Positions 61,887 through 64,000 of a stretch of DNA of 64,000 nt are shown piece after piece. This stretch comes from the human T2T-CHM13v2.0 reference genome, Homo sapiens. The stretch lies in NCBI RefSeq assembly GCF_009914755.1, contig NC_060926.1; one strand, written 5' to 3'. Both the position numbers and the translations under genes were made by a program. The notes beneath the pieces were generated by a model that saw only the letters and a program-made list of their open reading frames with translations, was not told where the DNA came from and made no database searches. The first letter of the stretch is position 1; each line of letters begins with the position of its first letter.

Positions 61887-62057
61887 GCTGAAAAACAGAG
61901 TGGGTACTCTCTTCTGGGAAGCTGGCAACAAATGGATGATGTGATATATGCATTCCAGGGGAAGGGAAATTGTGGTGCTTCTGAACCCATGGTCAATTAA
62001 CGAGGCAGTTTCTAGCTACTGCACGTACTTCATAAAGCAGGACTCTAAAAGCTTTGG
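61887..62057 (+). other. LCLAT1: LCLAT1 alternative exon 2 (171 nt; 5'UTR plus start of long-isoform CDS)
   Basis: Long polypyrimidine tract followed by CACAG| acceptor (AG 61885-61886). Donor TGG|GTAAGT at 62057/62058. Confidence 0.9.
61948..62057 (+). CDS. LCLAT1: Lysocardiolipin acyltransferase 1, long isoform, first coding segment (partial; continues outside the window, phase-2 junction)
   Basis: ATG at 61948 translates to MHSRGREIVVLLNPWSINEAVSSYCTYFIKQDSKSF(G), which I recognise as the N-terminus of human LCLAT1 isoform 1 (continuing ...GIMVSWKGIYF in the next exon). Confidence 0.9.
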
Positions 62058-62877
62058 GTAAGTCTTTGTAATGATTTAGATGCTTGAGGTTTTTGTCTTG
62101 CTTCATATATCTGAACACAAAGCTTTTTGAATTGATCATAGTTTGTTCCTGTTTATGTTGTATTGTTGACATGTTCTATGCTTGTTCTATAACCTTTTCA
62201 TTGAAAAATAAGCATTCATTTCTATTGGAGGGAGATAAATGTCCTTTTTTAGAAAATAAAATAACACATTTCTGTGAAAGAACAAACCCAGCATTTCTGT
62301 TTGGCATTTGGTTGTGTGATTCTTTTTGGATCTTTATTTTAAAGATTAGGTACCATTTTGTTTAGAGTCGAAAATATTAAATTTTTTGGAGGTTATCCCT
62401 TACACTTTCTGCTGCATGCAGTAACTTGCTTTTGTTTGACATAGGAGCTTATGTGATACCATTAGCTAGTATCCTCCTTTTGAAACAGTGAGGGTTTGGG
62501 GAGTCCAGCGGGGGTTCATCTGTGTGAATAACTGACAACTGATTCTGGCCATGTCCTCTCTCATCTCTAGGCTCATGATCTCCATCTGCCCAGTGTTCAT
62601 CTGCAATCTCTGGCTGCCACCTCAGTCTCAATTTGATTAAAACTAAATTCATTCTCAATCCCATATTCAGTTTCCTGCCAGGTTATGTCTGTCTCTGTTT
62701 ATTTAATTGTCCAGGCTTGAACCTTCTTAGATAATTTCGACACCCTCCCCCTCAGCCTTTTTCTATTGCTGCTGCTTTTGTAATGCTTTTGATGTTTTTT
62801 CTCCTGATCTTTATGCTTGCGTTACTTCAGTAGTCTACTAGTCGGTTTCTGAAATAATAGTCTCCATTTCTTGTGTA

Positions 62878-63625
62878 TGTGATATGATGAAGAATCTATT
62901 ATATCTGGCTTTTGTCTTCGGTTCCTGACAATGAGCTTCAAAAAATCTTGGGATTTCCTTATAGATGTATCTTTTGTTATTCATAACAAGAGTCTCTTTT
63001 GACCACACCTGAGTTTATCCTAATAAGGTGACTCTGGGTGGGCCCTTAGATAGTTCAGGAAAGGAGCTGTCCACATCAGAGAGACCTTGGAACTTTTAGC
63101 CCCATCCCCTGGTCTCTGGGGAGGGGGCAGTGACTAGATAGCAGAGCCCAGTCATCTGGCTAGTGATTTAATCACTGATGCCTAGGTCATGAAGCCCCAT
63201 ATAAAAACCCTGGAATAGCAGTGAACATACTGGTTTGCTAGGAAGATGACACCTGGATTTCTTCAGGGGAGAGCAGGGAAGCTTTGCATCCCTCTGCCCT
63301 CTTTCCTAGACCTTGCCCTTGCTCTGTGCACCTCTTCCATTGGGCTGTTCCTGAGTTGTAGCCTTTATAATGAAACTGTGATTGTATAGTGCTTTCACTG
63401 ATTTCTGTGAGAATCGTTGAAACTGAAGGGAGGTTTTGGGAATCTCTGAATTTGTAGCCAAGTTGGACATTAGTGTGGATAGCATGGGGATAACTGAAGT
63501 GAGGGCAGTCTTGTTGGAAACCTTGCTCTTTAACTTGTGGGATCTGATACGAACTCCAGGTAGTGTCAGAATTGAGTTGAATTGTAGGACACCTAGTTGG
63601 TGTCAGAGAATTGGTCTCAGAGTGC
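62878..63625 (+). mobile_element. MER21(B/C)-like LTR
   Basis: TGTGATATGAT...TTCCTGACA...TTTGACCACACCTGAGTTTAT.CTAAT...CTCTTCCATTGGGCTGTTCCTGAGTTGTA...GTGTCAGAATTGAGTTGAATTGTAGGACACC. Confidence 0.85.
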
Positions 63626-63734
63626 AGTGTGCTTACCCTTTGACAGGCATTGTGGTATGTGCGCTGCATGCATTATTTCATGTAATGCCCACCATGGTAA
63701 GACCTAGATTTTTTTTTATTTGTTTCTAGTTAGT

Positions 63735-63896
63735 TTTTGGTGTTTTTGTTGTTGTTGGTGTTTTGTTTGTTTGTTTTTTGAAACGGGGTCTCACTATGTT
63801 GCCTCCACTTGTCTTGAACTCCTAGGCTGAAGCGGTCCTCCTGCCTCAGCCTCCTGAGTGGCTGAGACTACAGGTGTGTGCCACCAGGCCTGGCCC
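63735..63896 (-). mobile_element. Alu monomer (FRAM/FAM-like)
   Basis: GGGGTCTCACTATGTTGCC...CCTGCCTCAGCCTCCTGAGTGGCTGAGACTACAGG. Confidence 0.85.
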
Positions 63897-64000
63897 AGGT
63901 CTGATTTTATCATCTTTGTTTTACTGGTAAGGAAAGCCATAACTTGCCCATTGTCACAGAGCAAGGAAGTGTTGGAGAAGTCAGTGCTTTCTGACTTTAA

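Overview
Human (primate) genomic DNA: Alu/L1/MIR/LTR-rich, CpG-depleted, with one CpG island. I recognise the 5' end of LCLAT1 (lysocardiolipin acyltransferase 1, ALCAT1/LYCAT; chr2p23) on the + strand. It comprises a CpG-island promoter (~49.3-50.3 kb), non-coding exon 1 ending at 49739, a ~12.1 kb intron 1, and a 171-nt exon (61887-62057) encoding the long-isoform N-terminus MHSRGREIVVLLNPWSINEAVSSYCTYFIKQDSKSFG. The first ~49 kb looks intergenic and is dominated by transposon fossils. None of the listed six-frame ORFs is a credible protein apart from one overlapping the uORF noted below. I found no novel protein-coding system. The most notable structures are: (1) a ~200-bp near-perfect inverted templated copy of one Alu written into a neighbouring Alu monomer (template-switch scar); (2) a MADE1 MITE that is a perfect 37-bp-arm palindrome with mirror substitutions in both arms; (3) uORFs packed around the weak start codon of the LCLAT1 alternative exon; (4) a MEF2/TATA site fused to two CAGCTG E-boxes; (5) a 6x69-bp minisatellite and a 55-bp duplication in one intronic L1; (6) a (CG)9(CA)22 Z-DNA tract; (7) an ERV-L pol fossil just upstream of the promoter. 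Repeat family names and most repeat boundaries were assigned by eye from recalled consensus sequences and are approximate.
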